Position numbers and translations under genes: made by a program. A stretch of 56,820 nt of DNA, the filler included, from Sluysia triapertura (Eukaryota), in the NCBI GenBank assembly GCA_046118255.1. It is 3 parts of 3 records of this genome, joined end to end, with 100 filler letters (N's around TTAATTAATTAA, not from the genome) between each part and the next. Parts side by side here need not be neighbours in the genome. Positions count along the whole stretch, not along the records: positions 1 to 24,386 come from JBJNIA010194046.1; positions 24,487 to 42,093 come from JBJNIA010187057.1; 1 more part is not named here. One strand, given 5' to 3'. Each line of letters starts with the position of its first letter. Positions within the stretch are counted from its first letter, which is position 1. Under the pieces are notes generated by a model. It ran no database searches. It was not told the origin of the DNA and saw nothing but the letters and a program-made list of their open reading frames with translations. Shown here in pieces: positions 12,249 through 26,639 of this stretch.

Positions 12249-14189
12249 AAAGTTACTACTGATTAATATACTCGATGTTTAAAAATTGATCCATAGTTTT
12301 TAAATCACTTTAAAACTGTGAAAATTAGGTTTGACGAAATGAATACGAATTTATTTCTTTAATAACAAATGAATAATAAACTATTCGAATATATTTCATT
12401 AATGTCATCACAAATAAAAATGCACTGGATAAATAATACAAAACGATACAAATATGAAACTATGTTTTATTCAATGTTATGATAAAACACATTATATAAA
12501 AGTTATTAACAATAATTAATGTGGTTATAAATAATTAACTAAATGTTTCAAGGAATTATATTTCAACAATGTGGTTTATTAAATTACCGATTAATTTATG
12601 GTTTTAGTAATTATGCTTAATATTCAATCGAAGAAAAGTAATAGAATTCTTGAATGTATTTAACAAATTATATAACTATTGAATGAATTGACCAAATTAT
12701 CAATTTGATTTGATAATTTGTCTTTTCAGATACTTTTTAAAATTTATTTTAATCTCAATCGCTATAAAAGATTGAAAACACTTTAAAAAATTTTGAGCAT
12801 AGTTTAATATACAATTTTAAAATGTAAATCAACTTATTAATATGTCGAACTAACAAGATCAATCCGCGAGTGAATTGTTGTTTTTTGAAGTTATTAGTAA
12901 CAATAAATCAATATCAATAATTTCAATACTCATTAGATCAAGTATAAATCTGAAATTCTATTTTTAATAATATTTATGGGAGACAGACCTAAAGTGCCAT
13001 TTGGTATAATAGACTTATAAAAAATGGAATGCACGTTTTAATATTATAAATAATTATTAACAAACACCGAATACTATATTCAAACTATGCTAATTGTGAA
13101 GGACTTTAGATATAAAAATATGGTTTTAATTGTAAATTACGTTAATAGACTTTAGAAGTATATAACAAAACGGTATGTATTATAATGCGTAATGTAGAGA
13201 AATCAACTTCAATATAAAAATTATTAATTCGCTTATAATTCCTTTTACAATTCGAGTCTACTTTATAAAACTATAAATTTTGAATGCTCGTTTTTAGTAG
13301 AAATAGAAATTTATCGAATATTAGATTTTAATGGTTATATAATACGTCGAATACAATAATGAAAAATTAATAATATCAATCGCATCAATTAATATTTAGT
13401 TACTTCAGATTTTTGAGAATTGATTTTATATAGTGCAAAAAATCACGAAAATGATTTAATCAGAAAATTAAGTAGACTTTGTGTTCAATTGAAATTTATT
13501 CTTAAAAATATAAATTTATCAAATGTGCAATTTTAACAGTGATATAATATGTCAAATATAATAATTGATAATATTAATCTCCTCAATTAATATTTAATAC
13601 TTCGAAAACTTTTCCAACAATTTTCCCAAATAAATTATAATTTTCACAAATAAAATATTTATCTTCTTGAAATAATTCAAAATTACTATTGTTAATCTTC
13701 TCTCTATTTTTTTTGTGTGATCAATATAAAATTCTGCTATATATATAAACGATTTTGAATAATTTTTTTATATTTTATAATAATAATTTTAACTATTTAT
13801 ATATTTATTTTATTTATAATAATTATTTTATTCCTTTTAATATATAATATTATTTTATAATATTTATTTAATGATAATTTAAATAATTTTATATATTAAG
13901 GATAATTTCAATTTTATAATTTTAAATTCTAAACTTTACATTATAAAAATTAATTATAATATTGTTAAGATATATTTTTACTGTTTTATTTATTTTTATT
14001 GTATTATTTATGTTATTTACATTTTATTTTAATATTATTAATTTTATGATAACAAACATCAAAAAACGTATTATAATTAAAACTCGAATTAAATAAAATT
14101 ATTAAAAATTAATAAAATATTTAGTAATAATAATTAAAATAAAATAGTAATTAAATATTTAGAAATAATAACATTTAGAATAAAGAATT

Positions 14190-14290
14190 TGTTTGAAATA
14201 ATAAAATTAATTAATAATAATAATTAATAATAAAATTAATTAATAATAATAATAATTAATAATAAAATAATAATAATTAAAATAATATTT
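14190..14290. repeat. AT-only low-complexity, AAT-rich tandem array
   Basis: Repeats of AATAATAATTAATAATAAAATT. Confidence 0.7.
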
Positions 14291-14702
14291 TAAATGGACG
14301 CCGATAGAAGAAAATTGGTATAAATATAAGTAAGGAAAATATTAAATTCATAACAAATTTTTAGAGCAATTTGGAAAAATAATCAAGGTTCGTGCACTCC
14401 ATTATATAAAATGAATCAAAATTTTTCCATGATATCAAAGTAATTTTTTATTTATAAGTTTCTGACGTATTCATCCTAAGTGAGAATACAAAAATCTGAC
14501 TTAAACTTTCATTTATTTTTTGTACCAAGACCTTAAAGAGGGTTGGGTGATTTGTACCTAAAATTATAATAATCAATTTCGCTATTGTTATTATATCTAT
14601 TTTGCACGTTGTACTATAGTTTTTTTTGACATAATATATATAAATAATATATCACGTTGAATTCACTTTAGTTATTTCTTAAATATTAGACTGTTTTCCA
14701 AC

Positions 14703-14775
14703 AACACTTTAATAAAAGGGTTGTGTAATTTGTTGATTTTTCTAATAACACCTTAATAAAAGGGTTGCGTAATTT
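14703..14775 (+). repeat. Direct repeat, 2 x 29 bp, with a weaker third copy near 14528
   Basis: AACACTTTAATAAAAGGGTTGTGTAATTT and AACACCTTAATAAAAGGGTTGCGTAATTT; AAGACCTTAAAGAGGGTTGGGTGATTT. Confidence 0.8.
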
Positions 14776-15762
14776 AGTAAAATCCTAAAACTAAAGTCTA
14801 ATTCTAGTTGAGCTTATTAAGTTGCATTCTCCTCTGGCTTAAGATATTATAAATTTAAGTTATAAAATCCTAATAATACGTATTCAACAGTGGTATAAAG
14901 CGTATATATTAGGTGGACCGATCCCTCAGGTAATTTGCAATTAAGTTTAAGATATTAGAAACACTACCAATATTTTATTTACTGTTTTTAGAAATATAAA
15001 AATTTATCATAAAAATATGTTACTGTTTTATTATACTCAAAATCAACACAATCATAAAAATACAACCATCACATTATTTTTATTAAATTGTTAATATTAT
15101 TTTATTAATTATATTATTTTTAATTATTATTTTTACTTTTATTATATTATTTAATATTTTATTCTTATTATTTGTTATTTATTATTTTACAATTATTTAT
15201 TATTATTATTTCTGAATGAGGCTATAAGCATGTAACAAATATAATAAAATACCTTTTCAAAATATTGTCGATAATAAGCATTTAAATGAGATAAGTGTTT
15301 ATTTTACACATTACTAAACTTATATCTTCATTTTGTCGAATTTTTGTCCGTTAAGATTTCATTTTATTTCAGTAAACAAAGAGTATCAGGATAGTAAAAT
15401 TAACGTTACAGTAAAACTAATCACAACTTCAAGAATGGAGGATAATACTACTTACCTTATCACATTTTTCTTCTCTGTTTAGCTAATTTATTATAAAACT
15501 ATAATAATAATTTGTGTCCTCTGAAACATTTTGCATACTTATGAATGTAATTGCTTTTTAAACCTAAAAATGATTAAGTTTTTTAATTTAAAAGACTATA
15601 AATGTAGATTATTTCATAAATGTGTGTAATTCAAGTAAGAAAAATTACAACTTGGTTTGAAGTTTCATAAATATTTTTTTATGATACTGTTTGTTTTAAT
15701 ATATTAAAATGTTAAAAGTCGTGATATATTTTTTGTATTAATTAATAAAAAATTGTTTTTAG

Positions 15763-17450
15763 AAACTATTTGATTATACTTTAATGGAAAATATTAAGTC
15801 TATTTATCAGGCATTAGATAAATCGTTATTGCTAGATTCAGAATGTAAAACAATTTTAGGATCTGTAATTAAATATTATATTTCGAAGTTTTTCTCTGTG
15901 GTTCGTTATCCTGAAGTTATTCAGCTTAATAAATTCTATGATTTTCTCTATAAGGTTCCAAAAGATTATCGAAATTCATCTAAAGTTATTTTGAACCCAA
16001 ATGATTTCCCAGTTTCACTGGTGCCAGAAATTTATTCGAAAATAAGGTTGTGTAACAAATCTGTAATGTTCAAGTTTGATAGTGAAAGTCATAGTATTTT
16101 AAATCTGAGTTATATTGAAATAATATTTGACAATCTATTAGCCATTTTCACGGTTTCAGATAGAGAGGATGATTTTAATTATTTAAAATTAAATAAACTT
16201 TCCAAAAGTGTTAAGTCATTCATAAAGAATTCTTTATTTTGTATAGCTTTAACAGAATTTTTGGAAAACAAAGTTAAAAGTAAGTAAAGCTTTTACTATT
16301 TATTATTGTATAGATATTTCAAAAAAAGAAGCCGTTGATACATCAATTTTAATAACATTATCGTTATTAATGGAGTTGTCAGAAAACACAGTCAATAAGA
16401 TATTGAACAATTATCATAAATATTGTTCTGGATTATTAGATTACTTTATAAAAATGTTAATTCCTCCCAATTACCAATACAGTGATGAGCCAGCGTTGAT
16501 ATTGAAAGAAGTGAAGGATTTCAAGTTCGATTCAAATAAGTATGTTGATATATTTGTCATTTATATAAAAGGTATCTCATTAAAATCTTTTGAATTTAGG
16601 AAATTTTGAGAAACAAATTTTTATTTAAAATCCAGTTAATTAACTATTATAAAATCTCACTCAGTTTAATACAAATTAATCTTAAGTTTTATCTAAAAAG
16701 GGTTAATTCAATGTATGTTTAGCATATTGAAAATTAAATGGATGAAATTGCGCAGATCTTGTAATTTATTGAGTAATTTCGCTACATACAATGTAAACGA
16801 ATTTCACACAAAATATGCTACTAAAATACATGAGGATTATTCAACATTATTAAAATCCTCAAGTAATAAATGTAAATTTCTGTTTATCTGTCTATCGGAC
16901 CCTTACATCAGCAGTAATTAGTGCAGCAGTAATTTTTCCAGAGTTGGAAATGATAACAATATTTTTATACTTATATCGAATGATAAAATCTGGAATGTTT
17001 ATTTTGTTAATTTAGGATGATAAAATGTATTCTCAAAATGTTATATTCTGTGTTAGATATGTGAGATGTGCGTTACCATTAAATACTTTAGTTTTATGTC
17101 CAATTAAATCTTAGTGTCTTTTCAATTACAATAAACTAAATTTAAAATAATATTTAGATGTCTGAAATCACTGTTGGAAATTCAATTTAGTTTCGTTGAT
17201 GATAGTACCTTGTTTGAATCAATTATTGAAATTCTTATTAATAATCAGGCGTTAATTAAAGGGGGACAGAATTCAATTGTCACTGCAACTATATCTAAAT
17301 TAAATTGGATCAACAATTTTCAACATAATTATCAAACTCCCAAACAATTTGTAATACAGTTAGAAAATGGAACAGATGTTTCAGTGGAAGTTTGTTTGGA
17401 TTTTTCATTGAACTTTAATTTATAAGTAAAACATTATGATAACTTGCCAG
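15763..17450 (+). pseudogene. Multi-exon gene of unknown function, apparently disrupted in its 3' half
   Basis: Collinear ORFs 15784-16287, 16370-16609, 16715-16921 and 17174-17425. A 34-nt GT-AG intron (16280-16313) joins the first two in frame. Later joins need frameshifts or stop read-through. Confidence 0.55.
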
Positions 17451-17508
17451 GTTTGTTATCTATTATTAGTTTGTAGAATATTTTTATTTTTAAAGAATGT
17501 TTCATTAA

Positions 17509-17687
17509 CACATTAACGAGTCAACACGTTCTGCACATAGTATCGCTAGTGCGTGAGAGCCAACAAAACTCGGATTATAATAAATAATCATAAGATAAAA
17601 AATTGAAAGGTTTATTTTTTGCCAAAATGTACAAAAATTGTCCGCTTTTGAGCTTGGATATGGGTAAAATAACTCGCATAGAATGTG
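17509..17687. mobile_element. piggyBac-like non-autonomous element (MITE, 179 bp)
   Basis: TTAA on both sides (17505-17508 and 17688-17691). Imperfect TIRs CACATT..CGAGT and ACTCG...AATGTG. Confidence 0.65.
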
Positions 17688-18365
17688 TTAATTGTGAAGT
17701 GAATTATTTTTATACAACTTTTTATTTCTGTAAGATATTTAATAATTTTTAGTTTATTTAAAAGTTTCAGTGTTTGTCGTTAGTCAAAGATTGAATTTAT
17801 AGTTCTATATAATGGAATTACACATAATGCTAAATTTTGGTAACTGAAGTTCTCGGTTATTTCTTATCGGACAATCCTTAATATCGTATATACAATACAA
17901 TTAAAAAAGCATATCTATCTATACAATTACATTCTTTCTATAGTATCAACTTTATTTGGGAGATTTCTTTATTTTTATTAGAAATAGTTTATTATTAATT
18001 TCATTAACTTTCATAAAAATAAGATTTGAATTATTCAAATCATCTTTTATAAATTTAAGAAACAATTTTTTATTAAATTTAATTTTAAATCTTTTATAAA
18101 AATTATAAAATATAATTCTAAAGGTATATTATTTATAACACAAATTAGACAAACATTAATGATCAAATAATTATAAAAAGTCAGGTATAAAAACACAATG
18201 GTTGTGAAGTTTATGTTCCGGATAGCTACGATTTTCTTGAAATGGATCATGCTAAAATTACAACGATAATATCTGTTATTATTATAAATAAGAATTATTA
18301 CTTTGAGTTCCGTATAGATAATAAGATCGTTTGAATTAACTTTGTCTTCAGAATTGGTCCGGCAT

Positions 18366-18700
18366 TTATTCAGTTTGATGAATCCGTATGGAATTTAATA
18401 AATTGTTCATGCGTTTTCTGTGATTATTGAAGATGTCTTTTTTCGAGGAATTGGAAAATAATTCTATAGTGTTGTGACTGTAACGACATGAAGTCCCGAA
18501 TTTCAAACATATACAAAAATTATCCACATGGAATGGGCACATTGTCGTAGTTTGGTGATTTCCGTAAAGACCATGTTTTTGTTGAATCTCAAAAGTCGTA
18601 GCTGAGGATGTAATCATAGAATGTTTACAATCATCTGTGGGACCAAAATTATCTGTGTGGATAGAATTATCTATAGGACTAGAATCATCTTTAGCTAATA
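18366..18700 (-). pseudogene. CCCH-type zinc finger-containing gene fragment, probably decayed
   Basis: CPFHVDNFCICLKFGTSCRYSH resembles C-x7/8-C-x5-C-x3-H. The frame is open upstream of the listed ATG to ~18700. Flanking frames carry stops. Confidence 0.45.
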
Positions 18701-19514
18701 ATATTAGAACACATTTAAAAACATATCATAACTATATTCTAAAAATTTAAATATCTTAGAAAATTGATAAGAAACATTAACAAGAATGTTTAATAAATCA
18801 TCAACTTTATCTTTATAATAATAATTAATCACATTATTTTTACATGTTGAACATTGGATAAGATTACTTAGTTCTTGTTTTACTTGAACATTGGGTGACT
18901 TTCTTTACTTTTATGTACATAGATTTTGAATTGCAAAATAATATTAAATTCTCTTACATCAAGAGTGTTTAATAAAATTACATTTATCAATCCTTTTTTG
19001 AAGAAATTTAATAACTGAGTTGATGACATGAAATCTCTTTGGTTAAAACATTTATTGTCATATTTTACTTTTGAATTGGACATAATTCTTTTTTGATTTA
19101 TCAGACAATCGTTATTGTCGTGTCTTATTTACTTTGATAAATTATATTATGAAGATGGATTTGTCTACCTTGTTTATATAAACTGTCATCCCTTTTACAC
19201 GCGCTTCGATTTGATGTTAAAAATGTTCTTTTAGTTATGTTGCTGTTTAACAAGGAGATGTCAAACATTTTAATGTTCGTTTGCGTAATAAGAGTAACAT
19301 TACAATTTTGATTATCTTTAATAAAATTATTGAAGTTTTTATTCAGTTATCTAATGAATTAATTATCGAAATGATTATATTGATTTTATACAATGATTTA
19401 TGCGTCATTTACCACATTTTACAATTGGTTATTAGCTTGATTGATATAGTCTAACTTTAGTATGTCGAGAATTATATTGTAATATGATTTGTTAACATTA
19501 TTGATTTGATGAAG

Positions 19515-19540
19515 AGTAACTGTCACTGATGACAGTTACT
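19515..19540. repeat. Hairpin with 11-bp perfect arms
   Basis: AGTAACTGTCA-CTGA-TGACAGTTACT. Confidence 0.85.
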
Positions 19541-19999
19541 ATATTGCTATGATGTAAAGCAACCTTACTGACAACCGCTAAATTTGGTCGAAATAAACGT
19601 ATTAAAAATGCTGTTTTATTTGATACTTTAAGTAGTTAGCTACTAAAATTAGTAATGATTGATAATGATAATAATAATAATATTAATATTAATAATAATG
19701 GAAGTAATAATAATAATCATAATACAAATGAAAATAAAATACATGCATACATAAATTCTTTTAAATTGGGCTTATTTTCTAAGCATATAAATGTCTTGAA
19801 ATTTAAATTCTTTTCTTTAGGTAAAATAACTGAAATTGTCCGAAATAAATCTTATTATAATTATTTCTTTAAACATTAATTATTTCTGAACATTCTTCTA
19901 AACATAATCTCTCATTCTTTCTTGAAATTATTTCTTTAATTAAAATTTATTCTTTTTAGATATTCTTCTTCTTCAATGCATTTGTCCTTATTTTATATC

Positions 20000-20252
20000 T
20001 AAATTCTTGATATTATTTTGGAAATAAAATTATAAAATTGTAAAAATTGGAGAAGTTGAAAAAGATTCCATTTTACTTAAGACTTTGAAGTTGTTTTGAA
20101 AGACAATTTTAATGATTTTTGATGTTGTTAAAGATTTTACATGTTATCAAATTTTAATGAATCTGAATGCGTAGGCCATGAAATATTATGAAATGTGATT
20201 TTTCGAGTGTAATATTGAATAAAAATTTTGAATAAAAAGGTTGGCCACCACA
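20000..20252 (-). repeat. Family D copy
   Basis: The minus strand starts TGTGGTGGCCAACC (20252-20239) and encodes KITFHNIS at 20202-20179. The lower boundary is approximate. Confidence 0.7.
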
Positions 20253-22074
20253 CTTTATTGCTGTAGGGAACTCATCGCATAATATTCATCATAATTCATC
20301 ACATATAGTTCATCACAATTCATCGCTTAAAAACGCTCCACATATACACAAACTATTAAACGAACTACTAAACTCATTTAAAAGTAAACACGACCATCCC
20401 ATCTAACTATCATGAACTATTGTTATTATTATTACGATTCATATCACATTAAAACTTGTGTTAAAAATTATAATCTTTATTGTTATGTAATATAATTGCC
20501 AAATAATAACTTCTGTAATAACCTTTGTAATAATTTTCACGATAAAATTTCATAATAAATTTCAACAATTCCGTATTAATAAACATAATCACCACATAAT
20601 TGTTATCATTATTATTATTATTTTTCCTTTTTTCCATTTAATTGTATTTATACAGTATTGACAGAATTAGTTTTATCTTGTAAGCATCAAAAACAAATTA
20701 GAAGACTTGGAAACCTTTTCCGAACCTTCTCCAATAATATCTTAAAATCCTCGAAATCTTTTTAAATTTGGAAACCTATAAGAATATTTAAATACCTGCC
20801 AGATATGTAACCATTTATCAAAATACCGTCTGAATATGTAAAATAATCGAGTGGCATTACAATACAATTAATTATTAATGTCAATAGAAACATTTCATTC
20901 GTAAGTTACGAAGAGAACAGAGTTGCGAAAATGAAAACTCGTAAAATAATGCCCCGAAGTACTTGGGAAATGTTGAACAATTCGAACGACCGTTTGAAAT
21001 AAATGCGAAGAAGCAACTAAAAATAGAAAACGGAAACTGTACTTAATTAAGAAAAATAATTCGTGAATGATTTATCGAATAGTAAAATCTTTTTCTAATA
21101 ATTTGATTTAATTGGATTAAGACCGTAAACATTCCGCATTTATTAAAAATATTTCTCTTTGTATTGCTTGCTTTGTGTTGACGACTGATTCATAACTATT
21201 AATTGAGAAACTAATTTCGAATGCTGTTATAATTTATTTTCCATGTATTATAATTTTTAATTTTAACAAAATCGATAGTAGCATCAGTTTTTATTCCGTG
21301 ACAGCCAATATATTTTTATCTTGATTATCATAATTATTTTGATTAATGTTTTATTTCCTTTTCAATGTTCTTTAAATAAATATAATGCAACGTTCATTAA
21401 CGGTGGCGTCATTGTTTCTTCGTGGAAAAGCACTCATTTCAGCTACTGTTTAATTTATTCGCAATATATCATTATAATTTGTAGTTGTTACACTATTTAA
21501 TTAATAAATAATATTACTGCGATACTAGTAGTAGTAGCATAAACACATTTTTATTATATTGATTCATGTTTCACCTTATTTGCGATGTGTAACTGTATTT
21601 GTACGTTCAATACAATTAATACGAAATAAGAATGTTGCTTCATTATAGCAGCATCCTTATTTTATATATATACATAGTAATTGTTATTATTTTATTGCTG
21701 TATTAATTTATTTGCGATACAGAATTGTAATTTGTAATTTCTTTGATGATAAAGTGTATTTGTTTTCGTTAATACATTACAGAAAAATTACTTCTTTTAA
21801 TTACGAGCTTTACATTTCTTAATTTATGTGATGAAATACTTTTAGACATTAAAAATTGTCCTTTACATTTAAGTAAGTTTAATTTACTATAAATATTATA
21901 TTAACACAATAAACATATAATTTATTTACAATATTAGAGATTTTATTTTTTATTTCGGTTTTGTTTTTTCTGAACATATTTCTAACTAATAATCTTGATA
22001 CTTCTAAAAAAATTAAAAATAGATATCAGAGGTAATAAGGATGATCACATGAAAATAATTAAAAAGCACTATCA

Positions 22075-22790
22075 CCTGAAAGTCACCATCGCTGGCATCT
22101 TGAACCGGAACCACAATAGGAAAATGCCTCACACGACTTGTGTCCACGATTCCAAACATCTGTTGTCGACAGTTAGCACCAGTTAAAAGAACGATTGGTA
22201 GGTGATGCTCGATTAATTGTTGTCGACTGGATGTACAAGTTATAACTTATATAGTTGTTGTGCATGATGTATCTGTTTAACTTCATTTACATGATTGATT
22301 TAGGAATTAATATGCCTTTATTGAATAGAGGTGAAATTTTCTTTTCCACAGATATTAACATTAAGACATGGAATTAATTGCTTATTTAACTTATCCTTAT
22401 GTGATATCAAACACAAATTGACAATATCGAGGGGTTATGTTGTCGTTTTCATAAATATTTTGGATTCTTTTATCAACCTACTTTTAATCGTCGTAGTTAC
22501 GTGAAGAGAATTAATTTCAACAATTGCTGTCATATCTAGTAATGTAAGGATAGTAAGTTAATAACGCGTCTGGTTATTAACTATAAACATATATGATACC
22601 TTATAAATATAACTATAATTACGAATATTACGAAGATTAAAACTTGGTGAAATAAGACCTAAATATACACATTTAATGGGAATAGATATTGTGGCCGGTG
22701 GATCATATATGATTGAAAATATTGGATGATACCATTGCAAAGTAATATCATTGGGTACATTCACATTTTATCAATTTCGCGAAGATACCT
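22075..22790 (+). pseudogene. Decayed coding sequence, possibly a paralog of the 463-aa orphan's C-terminal half
   Basis: Stop-interrupted frames contain, in order, ARLIVVDWMYKL, LNRGEIFF, EGLCCRFH and GEIRPKY. These parallel CLLVIDRYLL, EYRCEVWY, CSLCCKIL and SNLIPAT in the 10617-12008 protein (weak, by eye). Confidence 0.3.
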
Positions 22791-22797
22791 ATTTTTT

Positions 22798-23200
22798 TGT
22801 GGTGGTCAACTTTCACTATTATTAAATTTTTCTTAAAAAAATAATCCTTTAACACTTTAATTTTCACATATTTATCTTCTCTACACTCACCAAAACAGTT
22901 CATCTGCCAAATCATGTCATATCCACAATCTCATAACATACAAACCACACTTACATCTAATACCATCAATTTACATCAACAGATCCATCAAAAATATGTT
23001 ACTCGACATTCGTAACAATCAAGCTACAACCGCATTCGTAATTAGCTACCTGACACCTTCGAATCAATTTCAACATTTTAAATTCATCATTTGTTATCAT
23101 ATAATCCCTAACAGCACAAAAAACAATACCTCTTAAAATTACCAAGAGAACAAATCATATTATCAACATTGCACAATAACCTTCCGAATAGATAATAAGA
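22798..23200 (+). repeat. Family D copy (diverged)
   Basis: Starts TGTGGTGGTCAACT and is followed by the same C/A-rich strand bias as 31392 onward. Confidence 0.5.
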
Positions 23201-24386
23201 GCTGTATTATAATTTATCTCTTTCACATTCACTTAAACTAATCTTTACTTAAAGATTTTAGCTTCAAACATATTTAAATGTATTGCAATATGTTTAGAAA
23301 TCTAAAGAATTCAAAGTATGATTATGTTCAGTTTTTAAACAATTCAAGAGTTTCTGCCGTTTAATAACAATAATAACTATAACATCGTTTCTCTTATTAT
23401 TATTGTTATTACACTCAATTCAATTATTTTTTAGTTTAAATTCAAAATATGTAAGAAATATAAAGAAAAATAATAGAAAGATCATGTGGAATTTACAAGG
23501 AATTCATGTATTTTTAAATATTTTGTATTTAATTAATGTTAATAATAATAGCAACATTAGTGTTATTATTATTAACATTAAACTTTATAATTTTATGTAA
23601 CATTAAAATTTGTATCTACCATCACCATTACTGACATTGTTAATTACTGCATATAGATTTGTGTCAGTACTGATGGTGGCTAATCATTCAATTATTTTAT
23701 TTTAATTTTAGTATTAGTTGTCCAATCAGTGTTACACTGATTATCAGAATAAAATTGTGTGCATAAGTTTTTAAAAGTAATTTTGATAATTACAAAATTA
23801 CAAATAACCAATTCATTTCAAATACATATTGATTTAGAAAACTACTATTATTTTAATCACTACTCTTATTTTTAATAAAATAATGACTGATAAATTTGGA
23901 CTAAATCAATTTACAAAAAACAGAATAGTACTCGTAAAAATTGTTAAAGAATCAAATTATTTAAAGTCAAGCTATTTGCGTAAAAAATTACAGTATAATT
24001 TTAAATTTAATTCTGAGATCGGATCAATCACATCATTTCGCCGATTAGTAAATGAAACCACAATGTGATTCTATTTGTCAGCAATTTCATATCCTATTGA
24101 AGATTTCTTTAGTATCAACTAAGAATAGTAGCAAATTATTTAGTTTGATAATCAGTAATTCATATGTAAAATTTAAATGTGTAATGGTTGAGCATATAGA
24201 ACCATGTTATTCGAGTTTCTTACGCAATTCAGGATACATAATTCCAGTTTCAGAATGGATTAAAAATGTAAAGGTGTATAAAATTTTTGTTTTTGTATTT
24301 TATGTTTCAGAATTTTTGTATTTATGTAATTTTAAAAAATATTATAAAAATTATTAAAATTTATATATTTTAAAAAATTATTAATT

Positions 24387-24486
24387 NNNNNNNNNNNNNN
24401 NNNNNNNNNNNNNNNNNNNNNNNNNNNNNNTTAATTAATTAANNNNNNNNNNNNNNNNNNNNNNNNNNNNNNNNNNNNNNNNNNNN
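24387..24486. other. Artificial assembly linker / gap
   Basis: 44 N + TTAATTAATTAA (stops in all six frames) + 44 N. Confidence 0.97.
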
Positions 24487-24909
24487 TTGAACCTGTTGAA
24501 CCTTTACACGTCCATTATGTACCAACCTGTATATCAGTCATATTTGTCTTTTTTCATACCATTAAATCTGTCACTAATAAAGTCATATTTCTTATTGTTC
24601 TTGAGGAATTCATAACATTGATTTTTCAATTTAATCATAGATAAGGATGTTCGAGAGTTATATTTTGCACATTGAATTTCTTTAGTATTTCATTTAGTTT
24701 TGAAACATCCTTACTTATTTCTAATAAGGGTATGGTGGATTTGAATTTATAAATTTATATCCTTTTTTTAAAAACATCTCATTTGAAACAATCTGGGTTT
24801 CTGAAATAATTAATATATTTGTTTCGTCTTCCACAAATGAATTGATTATGTTATTTAATTTTATATCGAACACATCCCACGAACGAAAAATTCGAGTACT
24901 CAACTTCAT
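24487..24909 (-). pseudogene. Degenerate APE/EEP-type endonuclease N-terminus, likely a LINE remnant cut by the gap
   Basis: IFRSWDV...NILIISETQ...KGYKFI resembles the APE SWNV...DIIxLQET...GY pattern. A shifted frame gives YDFISDRFNG and WTCKGSTGS, resembling the GDFN and T..S pre-IDY regions. Confidence 0.45.
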
Positions 24910-25995
24910 GAAACTAATTTGTCAATTCATTTATAAGATAAAATTGCTTTTTATTTATTAGATTTTTTAAAATAATTTTCATTTCATTAATATATTATTA
25001 GCTATCATATAATTCATTTAATATAATTTATTACTTATATTTTATGGTTTTAAATTTATTTTTTAAATATTTCTTTTAAAATGAAGTAGAATATCTTATC
25101 GAATAGTAGTTACTAAACTAAGTCAGTTGAAATAAATTGTATAGTGTCTTAAAATTTTGTCAACAATTTTAAGTATTCGCAAATGTTTTGGGGTTTCATA
25201 TTAAATCTATTCTATGCTCGATTAGTTTAATTTCATACTCGAAGACCAATTTAAATTCATATCTTAATAATTTTTGTACACATAAATGTAACCATAGTAA
25301 GTCATTTTGTTCATTATTCTACTTCCATTATACTTATTATTGCTTTGTATTGGTAACACTATTAATTTTCTAAATTTATATAAAACTAGATTTTTGTCAT
25401 TATATTTAAGATGTAAGCTTTAAACAGATTTCGAAAGACATGTACTATATTTGTTGTTGTGCCTATTGCTACCGAATTGGATAATAATGATTGTAAATTT
25501 AAATAAATTATTTGACTATTAACTCATTTGTGTTCATTAAATTTCAAAATTTTAATTTATATATTTATTGAATATTTCAGCAAATTTCGAATATAAATCG
25601 AAATTTTAATATTATAACATTACTATGAAAACTTTATATCTTGGAAGAAATAAAAATATTCAGAAACCAAAATAAATATGCACAAGTTATAATTAATTAT
25701 ATAACTATCTACATAAGAATATCAAATTTCCGAAATGTTATGAAATATATAAGAAAAAGTTTTTCTACCTTAGAGATGATATTAACACTACATGAATTAA
25801 TATTATTATTATTATTATTTAGAAATATTGTTGGAATGAAATAAAACGTCTCCAAACCATCTAAAGGTTATATCCATTAAGTAGTTGTTTTATTAAATAT
25901 TAAAATATAAAACGAAAAATAATACTACATTTTATATATTTTTTATATATTTTAGATTAATAACAAACAAGTAAATATTATTTATATATATGTAT

Positions 25996-26639
25996 TTAAT
26001 TTTTTTTCAAATATTCCAAACTTTTCTGCATTATTAACGAATGATCACTGTACTTTTTCAATACTTCAATTGCTTCATTAACATCAAACCATTTTGATAA
26101 TCTACCTGTAATATAAATATTAAATTAATGTATTGTTAAAATTCAAATTATATTATTGGGTAAATTTTCTAAACTTCGATTAAAAAATTTGATAATACAC
26201 ATTATGTAGAATATAAATAATTAACTTTTATTAGTTAATAAAACAATAAGAAATAATATAAATTTTACAAAATCTAATCAATAAATAAATTAAAATTTTT
26301 TATACCTAAATCTTTTTCTTCAAAATCGTTAACTTCATTTTCGTAAATTGCATTTACTACATAATTACGACACTTTTTATTTTCATTAACAGTAACCAGA
26401 ATCAGATCTAGAACGTTTTCAATAATACCAGTTTCTTCAAACATTTCTCTCTTAGCGGCTTCATCATATATCTCATCTTTTTCTAAATGTCCACCAGGCA
26501 GCTTCCATACAGTTTCATTTGTATTACCTCGGTTGCTAGAAATTAAATACACTTGCACAAAACTGTCGTCTTTATAACATACACTTATAGCACGATTACG
26601 ATATCCAGATTCATCGTAAAATCGAATACTATCTTTCAT
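25996..26639 (-). CDS. Diphosphoinositol polyphosphate phosphohydrolase (DIPP, NUDT3/NUDT4-like Nudix hydrolase); exons 26639-26306 and 26105-25996
   Basis: N-terminal RFYDESGYRNRA is DIPP-like. Nudix box WKLPGGHLEKDEIYDEAAKREMFEETGI. A 200-nt GT-AG intron gives the C-terminus GRLSKWFDVNEAIEVL...KKN*. Confidence 0.9.

Noticed and set aside
14528-14775. Three ~28-bp direct repeats as a possible CRISPR array
   Set aside because: The context is eukaryotic, spacing is irregular (15 nt versus ~150 nt), the repeats are imperfect and there are no cas genes.
22190-22245. RLIVVDWMYKL resembling a cyclin box start
   Set aside because: No further cyclin-box motifs follow, and the segment is too short.
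24431-24442. TTAATTAATTAA motif repeated at 42138
   Set aside because: It is a synthetic six-frame-stop linker centred in identical N runs and is not biological.
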